From Candidatus Multivorans sp. (GTDB lineage Bacteria > Acidobacteriota > Thermoanaerobaculia > Multivoradales > Multivoraceae), in assembly GCA_965224025.1 (NCBI GenBank), contig OZ245033.1, forward strand, positions 1,472,001 through 1,536,000: a stretch of 64,000 nt of DNA, written 5' to 3'. The position numbers and the translations under genes are program-made. Below are positions 33,010 through 42,684 of this stretch, piece by piece; position 1 is the first letter of the stretch; each line of letters opens with the position of its first letter. The notes beneath the pieces are model-generated. The model ran no database searches and was not told the DNA's origin. It worked only from the letters and a program-made list of their open reading frames with translations.

Positions 33010-34629
33010 GTGAGGCCGGCAGCGAGTCGCTCCGGGGGTGTCGGTGATCTGTGGCGGTTGGCGGCGGCAGCGAACGTCGCCGACTGGGAGAGCGGCGCGG
33101 TTCAGACACGGTTGGTGAGGCACTGGTGCCAGGCCCACGGATTGGGCGGCGCCCAGATCTGCCGGCGGGACGGTGGGCCGGTCGCGTCCTGGGGCGTGCT
33201 CGGCAAACGGGAGAGCAGTCTCGAGCACGACCTGGTGCTCTATTGCGCCGGGAACGACGAGGCGGTCGGCAGCGAGGACAGCCCCGGAATGGACAGCGGC
33301 AGGACGCCGGCGGGAAGCGAACTCGCGGGCATCCTGGCTCTGGGCCTGCGTTTGCGCGAGTTGGCGGACGAGCTGAAGGACCGCAAGTTCCACGACAACT
33401 ACAACGTGGTCACGCTGCAGGCAGTGTACGACGTGGGGTTGGCGATCGCTTCGACCCTGAACCTGGAGGAACTGACCGAGGAGATCCTGCTCCGCGCCGT
33501 GTCCTTGCTGGACGCCCGGGGCGGCGCCTTCTACCTGCAGGACGCGGAGGGCCGGCTGGCTCTGGCCGGGACGATCGGCGGCGGCGCCCGGGATGTCCTC
33601 GATGTGCCGCCGGTCGCCGGCTCGGACGGCGCCGTCCTGGAAGAAGCGGCGGCCGGCGTGATTCCGGCCGCCGAGCACTCACTCGCCGTGCCGATCGAGG
33701 GCGACGGCGGCAGCGGCAACGTCGGCCTGCTTGTGGTCGCCGACAAGGAGAGCCGAACCGGGATCGGGCCGTTCGCGGCCTCCGACCGCCGGGCGCTGTC
33801 CCTGTTCGCGAACCAGGCCGCCATCGCATTGACCAACGCGAACCTCCATCGCCAAGCCCTCGAGAAGGAGCGGCTGGAACGGGAGGTGGAACTTGCGGCC
33901 GAGATTCAGCGCAACATCCTGCCGTCCGCCATGCCGAGTGTCGGGTGCTTCGAGACGGTGGGCTGGAGCCGGCCCTCCCGCCAGGTCGGCGGCGACTACT
34001 ACGGTTCGCTTCAGCTCAGGGGTTCGCGCCGGGGGATGGTGGTCGCCGATGTCACCGGCAAGGGTATGCCGGCAGCCCTCCTGGTCTCCACCCTGGATTC
34101 AGCGCTCCGTCTGCTGGTCGAGGATTCCCGTCCCGGCGGCGAAGGCGTCCCCGTGGAGACGTCGGCCGAGCTGTTCGAGCGCCTGAACAAGCACATCGTC
34201 GAGTCGAGCGCCAGCAACCGCTTCATCACCCTGATCCTGGTGGAGGTGGATCCGCACAAGCGCTCCGTTCGCTACGTCAACGCCGGACACAACCCGGGGC
34301 TGCTGGTGCGCCGGAGCGGAGACGTGACGCCGCTTGTCGCCAGCGGATTGCCTCTGGGGCTGTTTCCCAGCGCGACGTACCGGGTCGACGACGTGGAGAT
34401 GGAACCGGGCGACCTGGTCTGTCTCTACAGCGACGGCATCACGGAGTGCGAGTCGGTGGCGGAAGAAGAGTACGGGCAGGAGCGGTTGGAAACGTTTCTG
34501 CGGGAGAGGCGTGACAGGCCGCTGGCCGAGATCGTCCGTGCCATCGACGACGAGGTCAGCCGTTTCGGGGCCGGGCTGCCGCAGGGCGACGACCAGACCG
34601 TCGTGCTGATCCGCTGTCGTGCCGCCTGA
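33010..34629 (+). CDS. RsbU-like GAF plus SpoIIE/PP2C phosphatase
   Basis: AAEIQRNILP, VGGDYY, VADVTGKGMPAAL, YVNAGHNP, YSDGITE, QGDDQT; start uncertain. Confidence 0.92.
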   Translation: MRPAASRSGGVGDLWRLAAAANVADWESGAVQTRLVRHWCQAHGLGGAQICRRDGGPVASWGVLGKRESSLEHDLVLYCAGNDEAVGSEDSPGMDSGRTPAGSELAGILALGLRLRELADELKDRKFHDNYNVVTLQAVYDVGLAIASTLNLEELTEEILLRAVSLLDARGGAFYLQDAEGRLALAGTIGGGARDVLDVPPVAGSDGAVLEEAAAGVIPAAEHSLAVPIEGDGGSGNVGLLVVADKESRTGIGPFAASDRRALSLFANQAAIALTNANLHRQALEKERLEREVELAAEIQRNILPSAMPSVGCFETVGWSRPSRQVGGDYYGSLQLRGSRRGMVVADVTGKGMPAALLVSTLDSALRLLVEDSRPGGEGVPVETSAELFERLNKHIVESSASNRFITLILVEVDPHKRSVRYVNAGHNPGLLVRRSGDVTPLVASGLPLGLFPSATYRVDDVEMEPGDLVCLYSDGITECESVAEEEYGQERLETFLRERRDRPLAEIVRAIDDEVSRFGAGLPQGDDQTVVLIRCRAA

Positions 34630-34853
34630 TCCGCGGTCAGCGCCGCGGAAGTCCCCAGGCGGGGGTGAGGCCGTCCGGCCTCGTTGCGGCTGCCCCGGCG
34701 CCGCCGCTTCGCTTTGCTCTGGGCAGAGCCGTGTCCAGCAACTCGTCTCGGCGATCGACGATCCGGCACGGGATTTGCCTATCATAGGGAGTCGTGTACT
34801 CGTTGAGCAGCTCGCCGCGGAACGGAGGGGCGCGTCACTTGCACCCCTGGAGA

Positions 34854-35585
34854 ATGCGGGTTCTTGGCGCCGCCGCCTGTTTGTGCGCGCCTCTCGGGGT
34901 CGCGGCGCAGCCGAACGTCGAAGTCGACTACTTCGCCTCGCAGCGGAGGGTGATGGTCGACGAGCAGATTCGGGGCCGGGGTATCGAGGAGCCGCGGTTG
35001 TTGAACGCGCTGGAGACGGTGCCCCGCCATGAGTTCGTGCCTGAGGGTTTGCGGGACGAGGCGTACCGCGACGAACCGCTGCAAATCGGTTCCGGCCAGA
35101 CCGTGTCGCAGCCCTACCTGGTGGCGCTGATGGCCGACCTCCTGGAGCTCGACGGCGACGAGAAGCTGCTGGAGATCGGCACCGGTTCGGGGTACACGAC
35201 TGCGGTTCTGGCGCATCTCGCGCGTCGCGTGTACACGATCGAGATCATCGACGACCTGGCGGAGAGGGCGCGGACCGTGCTCGACGAACTGGGCTACGGC
35301 AACGTCGAGGTGCGCGTGGATGACGGTTACCGGGGCTGGCCGGAGGAGGCGCCGTTCGACGGCATTCTGGTCTCCGCGGCGCCGTCCGAGGTGCCGCCGC
35401 CCCTGCTCGAGCAGCTCAAGGTGAACGGCGTCCTGGTGGCGCCGGTGGGTCGAACCCTCCAGGATCTGGTTGTGATCCGGAAGACCGCCGACGGCCTGGT
35501 GCGCCGCCAGGTCGACGTCGTGCGCTTCGTGCCCATGGTCGGGCGCGCGCAGGAAGACCCGGAGGGAGAGAACCCGAACTTCTGA
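34854..35585 (+). CDS. pcm: Protein-L-isoaspartate O-methyltransferase with a signal-peptide-like N-terminus
   Basis: VPRHEFVP, GQTVSQPY, LEIGTGSGY, GWPEEAPFDGI, VRFVPM. Confidence 0.95.
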   Translation: MRVLGAAACLCAPLGVAAQPNVEVDYFASQRRVMVDEQIRGRGIEEPRLLNALETVPRHEFVPEGLRDEAYRDEPLQIGSGQTVSQPYLVALMADLLELDGDEKLLEIGTGSGYTTAVLAHLARRVYTIEIIDDLAERARTVLDELGYGNVEVRVDDGYRGWPEEAPFDGILVSAAPSEVPPPLLEQLKVNGVLVAPVGRTLQDLVVIRKTADGLVRRQVDVVRFVPMVGRAQEDPEGENPNF

Positions 35586-35589
35586 GTGG

Positions 35590-35665
35590 TGGTGGAGCAG
35601 AAGGGACTTGAACCCTCGACCCCCACGTTGCGAACGTGGTGCTCTCCCAACTGAGCTACTGCCCC
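35590..35665 (-). tRNA. tRNA-Ala(CGC)
   Basis: GGGGCAGTAGCTCAGTTGGGAGAGC..CCACG-TTCGCAA-CGTGG..GTTCAAGTCC..TGCTCCACCA, 76 nt, G3-U70. Confidence 0.97.
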
Positions 35666-35800
35666 ACAGGCTTGCCCCCGAGGCCCGGGGGCGCCGGATT
35701 GTAGCAGCGCCGCAGTGTATGATCGGCGAGCGTGGCGGCGATGCCGTGTTCGTCGTCGTCGGATAGCCGTAACTGACTGACTACCAAGAAGAAAGCGGAC

Positions 35801-36187
35801 ATGAGTAACGCGAAGAAGAATGAGGCGGACGGCGACAGCAATGTGACTTCGATGGATCTGGCCCGCGAGGCGGTCGCCGAAGGCGTGGAGAAGGCGCGCT
35901 CGGCGGTCACTCACCGCGTCGATGCGGCGCGCGAGCGGGTGCGCGACTCGAAGCTCTCGGATCGGGTCAAGAAGGCGTCGGATCGGGCCGGCGAGGCGGC
36001 CCGCGAGGGCTACGGCGCCGCCAAGGAGAAACTGGGCCACGGCTACGAACGGGCGCGCAAGGATCTGGATCAACTGGTCGGCGACGTGAACGTGTACGTC
36101 CGCGACAACCCCGGCCGTTCCGTGCTGATCGCTGCGGGCGTGGGCTTCGTCCTTGGGTTCCTCCTGCGTCGTGACCGCCGCGCCTGA
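35801..36187 (+). CDS. ElaB/YqjD/DUF883-like protein
   Basis: C-terminal YVRDNPGRSVLIAAGVGFVLGFLLRR. Confidence 0.85.
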   Translation: MSNAKKNEADGDSNVTSMDLAREAVAEGVEKARSAVTHRVDAARERVRDSKLSDRVKKASDRAGEAAREGYGAAKEKLGHGYERARKDLDQLVGDVNVYVRDNPGRSVLIAAGVGFVLGFLLRRDRRA

Positions 36188-36401
36188 ACAGCCCGCGATC
36201 GAGGATCGGATCGTCGGTAGTCTGACGCCCGGTCTTGACTGGGTGTCCGTGGTCCGGACCTATCCGCTGGCCTCGGTTGCGGTGGCCGCGTCGATCGGTT
36301 TCCTGATCGGGCGCGCTCGCGGGCGGCAGATCATGGGCATCCTCGGTGACCTCGCCGGCGAGCGGGTCGACGAGAGCGTGCGAAGTTTCCTCGTTCGGTA
36401 A
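36171..36401 (+). CDS. Small membrane protein with a DUF883-like tail
   Basis: VRTYPLASVAVAASIGFLIGR; overlaps the upstream gene. Confidence 0.6.
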   Translation: MTAAPEQPAIEDRIVGSLTPGLDWVSVVRTYPLASVAVAASIGFLIGRARGRQIMGILGDLAGERVDESVRSFLVR

Positions 36402-36441
36402 CAACTCCTTCGGCCCCAGGTTGTCCGGGGTCGCTCCAGCG

Positions 36442-37254
36442 GTGCGCCGCCTGCTCCATCTCTCCGATATCCACTTCGGGCCGCCTCACTATGAGCCGGC
36501 GGCAGCCGGGGTGGAAGCGCTGGTCAGGGAGCGCCGGCCCGACTTGGTCGTCGTATCGGGAGACCTGACCCAGCGCGCCAGGGCGCGTCAGTTCCGGCAG
36601 GCGCGCCGGTTCCTCGAGGGCCTGAGACGTCCCTTTCTGGCCGTGCCGGGCAATCACGACGTGCCCATGTACCGGTTCTGGGAGCGGCTGTTCGACCGCT
36701 ACGGCGCCTACCGCCGGCACTTCAGCACCGACCTGGAGCCGGTCTTCTCGGACGAAGAGCTGGAGGTCGTCGGTTTCAACACGGCGTTCAACCTGACCAT
36801 CGGCAACGGCCGTTTCACGGGTAGGCAGTTGGCGGGCGTGCGCGAACGGTTCAGAGGGCCGGCGCACTCAGTCCACGGTTCTCCGGTGCGGATCGCGGTC
36901 GCCCACCATCCGCTGGCGGCCCTGCCCGAACTCATGGGCTGGCGCACGGCGCGCCGCAGCGACGAGGCGCTGGCCGCGTTCGCCGCGGCCGGTGTCGACC
37001 TGGTCCTGTCCGGCCACGTCCACGTGGCAGCGGTCGGGCAGGCGCTGAGCTGCGCGCGCCGGCTGTGGCTGGTGCACAGCGGGACGTCCACCTCCGGGCG
37101 CGGCCGGGGAGCGGAGCGGGGCAGGAACAGTTGCAACTGGATCACCCTGGAGACGCGGCCGGAGGGCCGCACGGCCCGGGTCGAGCAACTGGTCTGGTGG
37201 GAGGATCGCGGCCGCTTCGAAGTCGAAACGGTCCACGACTGCGCGCTGGCGTGA
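36442..37254 (+). CDS. Metallophosphoesterase (Icc/CpdA-like)
   Basis: HLSDIHFG, SGDLTQRA, PGNHD, AHHP, LSGHVH. Confidence 0.92.
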   Translation: MRRLLHLSDIHFGPPHYEPAAAGVEALVRERRPDLVVVSGDLTQRARARQFRQARRFLEGLRRPFLAVPGNHDVPMYRFWERLFDRYGAYRRHFSTDLEPVFSDEELEVVGFNTAFNLTIGNGRFTGRQLAGVRERFRGPAHSVHGSPVRIAVAHHPLAALPELMGWRTARRSDEALAAFAAAGVDLVLSGHVHVAAVGQALSCARRLWLVHSGTSTSGRGRGAERGRNSCNWITLETRPEGRTARVEQLVWWEDRGRFEVETVHDCALA

Positions 37255-37295
37255 CGACGATCGAGCGGCGTGACGACGATTGAACTTGCGCGACC

Positions 37296-38666
37296 ATGAT
37301 TGACTTGGAGGCGTTCGACCGGGTAACCGCCGAGGCGGAGACGCTGGACAACGGTCTGTCAGTCGTTCTGCTGCCCCAGGCGGACGCCGAATCGATCGTC
37401 ACGGTGGTGTGCTATCGCGCCGGCAGCCGGGACGAGGGTTCAGACGAGACCGGTCTCGCCCACTTCCTGGAGCACATGATGTTCAAGGGGTCGGCGCTCT
37501 ACCCGCCGGGCGCCATCGACCGCGTGACCCAGGGTCTCGGCGGCACGAACAACGCCTTCACGTCGCACGACGTCAGCGCGTACCACTGTCAGTTCGAACG
37601 CGACTCCTGGGGGGAGGCTCTCAAGATCGAGGCGGATCGGATGCGGAGTCTGAGGCTGCTGCCGGAAGAGGTTGAAAGCGAGCGCGAGGTCATCCTCGAA
37701 GAGATCCGGATGGTCGAGGACGATCCCTGGGACGTCCTGGAGCAGGCGGTGGCGCGGCGCGTCTTCGGCGGCCATCCCTACGGCCGCCCGGTGCTGGGTA
37801 CCAGGCGGAGCCTTCGCGGGCTGGACGCCGCGTCCCTCGGCTCCTTCCACCGCCGCCACTACCGGCCGGGCCGCGCCGTCCTGGTCGCGGCCGGAGGCCT
37901 GCCGCCGGACGCGATGGAGCGGATCGAGGCCGCGTTCTGCAACGGGCGTCCCGGCGGCGCGGGCGTCCTGCTCGCATCCGCTGGAGACGCCCCTGGGAAC
38001 GCGGGCATCCTGCCCGCATCCGCTGGAGACGTTCCCGGCAGCGCGGGCACCCTGCCTGCATCCGACTGCCGCGCCGCTCTCCACCCGCCGACCTTCGACG
38101 CCGCGCCCTCGCGCCGGATCGAACTGCACCGAGGCGAGACCGCGCGGCTCCTGGTCGCCCATCCTGCGCCCGCGGCCGGCGATCCGCTGTCCGTCCACGT
38201 TCGCCTCGCGTTGTGTGTCCTCGCCAGTGGACGCGCGAGCCGCATCCAGCGCGATCTGGTCGAACAGGACCCGTTGGCGCTCTGGGCCGCTTGCGGGTCC
38301 AGCGGTCACCGGCTCGGCGGCATGTCGACCCTGGCCGCGGAGGCGGCGGTTGGCGTCGAGCCCGCGCGGCTCGAGGCCGAGGTGTGCGCGCGGATCGACG
38401 CGCTTGCCGCGAGCCCGCCGTCCGTTGAGGAACTCGAGCGGGCGAAGCGGGTCCTGTTCGCCGACTGGGTCTTCATGCACGAGCGGATCGCGGAGCGGGC
38501 GGTCTCGGCCGCCCTCGAGCACGCCCTCTTCTTCCCCGGCTTCAGCCGCGACTCGTACGAGGTGCTCGCTCGCGCCACCGCCGCCGATGTCTCCAATGTC
38601 TGTGCGCTCTGGCTGTCCCCGGCGACCCGGATCGTCGGCTGGTCGCTGCCCGACGGCCCGCCGTGA
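37296..38666 (+). CDS. M16 zinc peptidase, catalytic subunit
   Basis: GLAHFLEHMMFKG (HxxEH), NAFTS, EREVILEE, HPYGRP. Confidence 0.93.
   Translation: MIDLEAFDRVTAEAETLDNGLSVVLLPQADAESIVTVVCYRAGSRDEGSDETGLAHFLEHMMFKGSALYPPGAIDRVTQGLGGTNNAFTSHDVSAYHCQFERDSWGEALKIEADRMRSLRLLPEEVESEREVILEEIRMVEDDPWDVLEQAVARRVFGGHPYGRPVLGTRRSLRGLDAASLGSFHRRHYRPGRAVLVAAGGLPPDAMERIEAAFCNGRPGGAGVLLASAGDAPGNAGILPASAGDVPGSAGTLPASDCRAALHPPTFDAAPSRRIELHRGETARLLVAHPAPAAGDPLSVHVRLALCVLASGRASRIQRDLVEQDPLALWAACGSSGHRLGGMSTLAAEAAVGVEPARLEAEVCARIDALAASPPSVEELERAKRVLFADWVFMHERIAERAVSAALEHALFFPGFSRDSYEVLARATAADVSNVCALWLSPATRIVGWSLPDGPP
37950..38064 (+). repeat. REP-like palindrome array (42-bp period, about 2.7 copies), in frame inside the M16 gene
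   Basis: Core gcgggcatcctgcccgc; encodes PGGAGVLLASAGDA/PGNAGILPASAGDV/PGSAGTLPAS. Confidence 0.85.
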
Positions 38667-38691
38667 CCGCCGACCGCCTCGTTGCCCCTTT

Positions 38692-38760
38692 CTGGGAACG
38701 CGGGCGTCTCGCCCGCATCGGGGCGCTCCGGCCCTGGGAACGCGGGCGTCTCGCCAGCAT
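38692..38760 (+). repeat. REP-like palindrome pair (42-bp period)
   Basis: ctgggaacgcgggcgtctcgcc(c/a)gcat at 38692 and 38734. Confidence 0.85.
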
Positions 38761-38805
38761 TCTGTGCAAGGCGCCGGTCCGATTGGATCGACGGCCGATC
38801 TGGCG

Positions 38806-40128
38806 GTGTCCGTGACGCCCGAGGTAGTCGACCGAGAGCCTTCGCGCCTCGACCTGTGGTCCGGCCGGTTGCGCCTTGCCGCGCTGCGCGTGCCGGGCGC
38901 CGGCGTCGTTGCGGCACGGGCTTGGCTGCGCGGCGGCGCCCGCCTCGAGCCGTTGCCCGGCCTGTCGTTGCTGTGCGGCCGCATGCTGGTCGAGGGCACC
39001 GCGCGCCGGACCTGGCGCGAGATCGCTGAACAGTCCGAGGCGCGCGGCGTCTCGCTGGGCGGCTTCGCGACCGCGGAGGTCCATGGCGTCACGGTCGATG
39101 CGCTGGCTGACGATGCCGGGCTGGCGCTCGAATGGCTGGCCGAACTCGTGCTCGAACCCGGTTTCGAGCGGGCCCGCTTCGAGCTGCTGCGCGACCAGAC
39201 CCTGGGCGAAGTCCGGAGCCTGGCCGATCGGCCCGAGGTGGTCACCGGCTGGGCCTTCCGCGATCAGCTCTACCATCCGCATCCGCTGGCGTCGCCCAGC
39301 CAGGGGACGAGCGAGTCGCTGGTCCGGTTGACGCGGGACGACTGCCAGGGCTTTCACCAAAATGCCCTGGCGCGCGGCGGCGTGATCGCGGTGGCCGGCG
39401 ACATCGACGAGAAGGCGGTGCTGGCGGACCTGGAACGCTTGTTCGAGAGCGCCGGCGCCGTCGAACCCGCGACGCCAGGGGATGCGCCGGCCCTTCGGCC
39501 GGCACCCGCCGGAGGCGGAATCCCGGGCGGTGAACCGCCGAAGCCGCGCGGTCGGGCTGAACGCCGTATCGAGGTCGCCACCGGTTCACGCGAGCAGGCG
39601 CACGTGAACGCCGGGCACTTCACGGTCGACCGGCGACATCCCGATCTGCCGGAACTGCGCGCGCTGGGCATCCTGCTCGGGTCCGACGGTCTGGCTGGCC
39701 TGATTCCCAACCGCATTCGCGAGCAGGAGGGCCTGGCCTATGCCACTCACGTCGATCTGCTCGCCGGCGCCGGCAGCGATCCGGGTGCGTTCTCGGTCTA
39801 CCTTGGCACCCACCCCGATCACGTTGAGCGCGGCCTCGAGTTGGTGCGCGAGTCGCTTGCCGAGGTGCTCGAGCGGCCACCCGATCCGGTTGCTCTCGAA
39901 ACGTGCAAGACCGGCATGTTCGGCCGCGAACCGTTCCGGAGGGAGACCGCCGGCCTGTGGGCCGGACAGCTCGTCGACGCGCTGCTCTTCGACCTGCCGA
40001 GCTACCGGCGTTCGTGGCGGCTCGAACGGATCGAACGGCTCAGCCCCGAGGGCGTCTTCGAGGCTGGGCAGCGGCACATCGACCCGGAACGGTTGCGGGT
40101 GACGGTGGGCTTTCCGGCCCGGCAGTAG
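38806..40128 (+). CDS. M16 peptidase non-catalytic partner subunit
   Basis: GLSLLCGRMLVEGT (no HxxEH), HPL..GT.ES, RIREQEGLAY; start uncertain. Confidence 0.85.
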   Translation: MSVTPEVVDREPSRLDLWSGRLRLAALRVPGAGVVAARAWLRGGARLEPLPGLSLLCGRMLVEGTARRTWREIAEQSEARGVSLGGFATAEVHGVTVDALADDAGLALEWLAELVLEPGFERARFELLRDQTLGEVRSLADRPEVVTGWAFRDQLYHPHPLASPSQGTSESLVRLTRDDCQGFHQNALARGGVIAVAGDIDEKAVLADLERLFESAGAVEPATPGDAPALRPAPAGGGIPGGEPPKPRGRAERRIEVATGSREQAHVNAGHFTVDRRHPDLPELRALGILLGSDGLAGLIPNRIREQEGLAYATHVDLLAGAGSDPGAFSVYLGTHPDHVERGLELVRESLAEVLERPPDPVALETCKTGMFGREPFRRETAGLWAGQLVDALLFDLPSYRRSWRLERIERLSPEGVFEAGQRHIDPERLRVTVGFPARQ

Positions 40129-40130
40129 AG

Positions 40131-40354
40131 CCGCCGAATCCCTCGCAGGTCCGGTGTTTGGCCCCGGCCCCACCTCACCAGGAGGCTTCGCAGCGGACTC
40201 GCTGCGCTGCCGCGCATGGAACTGGCCGCGGACTGCGTGCGCCGGCCTGCCATCCGTGCGCCCGATGACGGGCGCACGGAGTGGTTCGCGGGCGGCGCGG
40301 ATCGCGCCACCCGGGTTCTGGCCGGCATCCGCAGGCACGACCGCACGGCCGAAC
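40131..40354 (+). repeat. Palindromic repeat family 1, copy C (head plus long tail)
   Basis: Head matches copies A and B; tail matches 41524-41665 and 41769-41790; hairpins gcagcg-gact-cgctgc and ccgtgcgcccg-atga-cgggcgcacgg. Confidence 0.88.
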
Positions 40355-40420
40355 GATGATGCCGCCGACCATCTGAGGTCATGTCGCACGTTCGCGCTCT
40401 TTGCGCATAGGATCCTCGCC

Positions 40421-41464
40421 ATGGCCGAGCCCGCCCGCGCTGCGCGAACGCCGCCGCCCGAAGAGCGGCGCGATCCGGAACAGGCGCCGCTCGAAGCGGC
40501 CGACTTTCCCGGCTGCCGGGCGGTCCGGATAGCGCCCGGGGAGATCGAGGACCACGAGGGCCGCGTGGAGTACTGGGAGGCGCGCACCGGGACCGCGATG
40601 GTGGTCTGCGAGACCACCACGTTCCACGAACAGCCGGCGCAGCGGCTGGCGCGACTGGCCGAGCGGATAACGGCTTCGAGGGGATCGCCGATCGAGACGT
40701 TCGGAACGGCGGCCCTGGCGCGCTTCTACCTTGGCGGCGAGTTGCGGGTGTTCATGCAGGCGGACCAGATCCTCTACCTGCACCCGCCTTCCGCCGAAGA
40801 GCTGACGCCGAGGGTCGAAGTGGACGGCGAGGATCTGCCGGACGTCGTCCTGGAGGTCGACTACTCCACCGACGTCCGGGTGCGCAAGCTGCCGCTGTAC
40901 GAGGCGTGGGGTTTTCCCGAGGTCTGGGTCGATGTGCCGGACGCGCGCTCGCGGAGTCGCCCGAAGTCCCGGCGCTCGGGTTTGACGATCCACGTGCTCG
41001 AAGGCGGCCGTTTCCACCCGGCGAAGCGCAGCCGGGCGTTCCCGGGCTGGACGGCGGAAGAGATCCACAGGGCGTTGAACGAAGACGCGATGTCGGCATC
41101 GACGGCGGCCGCGCTGCATCGGGTCGGCGCCGCCATGGGCGCCGCCGAAGGCGCCGGCCCGGACGACGATCCCTGGTTGCGGCGTTACCGTGACGAGGGC
41201 CGTGGCGAGGGTCACGCCGACGGTCGCGCCGAGGGCCGCGCCGAGGGTCGCGCCGAGACACGGTACGAGTCGGTCATCGCCGTCCTCGCGGAACGCGGCA
41301 TCGCGACCACGCAGGCCTTGCCGGCGCGCATTGCGGAACTCGGGGAGATTCCGTTGACCGTGTTGGTGCGGGCCGCGCTCCGTTGCGCGAGCGAGAGGGA
41401 GTTCCTGGAGCTCTGCGCCGCAAAGCGGCGCCGCCCGCAGGCCCGTGACCTGGGCGGCCCTTGA
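40421..41464 (+). CDS. Uma2/DUF820-family PD-(D/E)xK endonuclease-like protein
   Basis: HEQP, MQADQILY, LPDVVLEVD, KLPLYEAWGFPEVWV, SRAFPG; EGRG/EGHA/EGRA repeats. Confidence 0.85.
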   Translation: MAEPARAARTPPPEERRDPEQAPLEAADFPGCRAVRIAPGEIEDHEGRVEYWEARTGTAMVVCETTTFHEQPAQRLARLAERITASRGSPIETFGTAALARFYLGGELRVFMQADQILYLHPPSAEELTPRVEVDGEDLPDVVLEVDYSTDVRVRKLPLYEAWGFPEVWVDVPDARSRSRPKSRRSGLTIHVLEGGRFHPAKRSRAFPGWTAEEIHRALNEDAMSASTAAALHRVGAAMGAAEGAGPDDDPWLRRYRDEGRGEGHADGRAEGRAEGRAETRYESVIAVLAERGIATTQALPARIAELGEIPLTVLVRAALRCASEREFLELCAAKRRRPQARDLGGP

Positions 41465-41506
41465 TGCCTCCCGTTCCCTGAGCTGCTGGCGATGCGGGTG
41501 AGCGCT

Positions 41507-41790
41507 CTCACCTTGGAGTACCCGCAGCGGACTCGCTGCGCCGCCGCGCATGGAACCGGCCGCCACTGGGTCCGCCGGCCTGCCATCCGTGCGCCCGACG
41601 ACGGGCGCGCGGAGTGGTTCGCGGGTGGCGCGGATCGCGCCACCCGGGTTCTGGCCGGCATCCGCCGAAGGCGGCCAGATCGACGCGCCGGCGGCGAGGT
41701 TGGGCCGCCGGACGGAGCGTTCAGTTGTCGGTCGTCGACTTCGGCGTGTCTTCCTGCCTGCGATCTGGAGGCACGACCGCGCGGCCGAAC
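41507..41790 (+). repeat. Palindromic repeat family 1, copy D (tail interrupted by about 103 bp)
   Basis: 41524-41665 is a direct repeat of 40190-40332; 41769-41790 matches 40333-40354. Confidence 0.88.
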
Positions 41791-41980
41791 TCTCCCCAGC
41801 CCTTCCAGGTCGAATCTCCGAGCCGGAAGTTGTCGAGTTCAAGAGTGGCGAGCGTGTGCCACGCGGTCCAGGCTCGGTTGGCGTGGGCTGCGGAAGCAAG
41901 AAGCAGAGCCGCAGCCGCGACTCTCGTCGAGAGATACGGCGGATCAGGAGCGCAACGCTGCGGCGAAGTCCGCGGCGGCC

Positions 41981-42684
41981 TCACTGCTCGATCTTCAAGA
42001 GTGCTTCGTTGCGCAGAGCGTTCTCCCGCATGCACTCATCCAGCAGTAACCGCTCTATGGCGGCCGCGACCTTCTCGTTGTCGGGATCACTCCTCCACTC
42101 GTGCCACTTCTTCAAACGGGCTTCAACCGGGCGGACGATCCCCGAGCGCGACCTTCCCGCAGCACCCGGCAGTAGCCGACAAGCTCGCCGTCGCCCGATC
42201 GGGCAATCAGGTCGTAGAACTGAGTCCTCATCTCTGCCGGACGACCAGTCTCCGGCAACGTTGAGATTCCCTCAAAACCAAACGCCTCAACAAGACCAGC
42301 GAGCCGGTCCCGATCAGCTTTCAAGACCGCGTAGTGTTCAGCGACCATGTCGTCGCTCGCTTCCGCGAGTAGGCCATAGAGCGCGAGACGCACCTCTAGA
42401 GGATCTGTGGTGTCAGGCAGAGAGTCGTCCCCGACTGACGCTGACGCGACGGACAACAAGACGACGGCTGCCACGATCATCAATCCCGTAGCTCCAGGTC
42501 CGTCTCCAGATGGCGGCGGAACGGCGGTGCCTTTTTGACGGTACCTGCGCAGCACTTCAAGTGTCGGCATCAGAGCGGCGCAAGCCAACATCACTTCTAG
42601 CCAACCACGCAGATACGCCACAACAGCGAGAATCGCCGGTGCCATGTTACCGACAAGGACATACAGACTCAGTCGTCGTCGCAC
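41981..42684 (-). CDS. Hypothetical membrane/exported protein (candidate immunity or accessory), frameshifted near 42150; may be two genes
   Basis: GTG overlaps the upstream stop; two hydrophobic segments, then signal-like MIVAAVVLLSVASA (ATG 42480); tail SGIVRPVEARLKKWHEW..KIEQ* is in another frame. Confidence 0.5.

Noticed and set aside
40131-41790. Integron attC sites
   Set aside because: No RYYYAAC...GTTRRRY ends and no integrase in the window.
41492-42491. Plus-strand ORFs over repeat D
   Set aside because: Translations of non-coding repeat and antisense sequence with no protein motifs.
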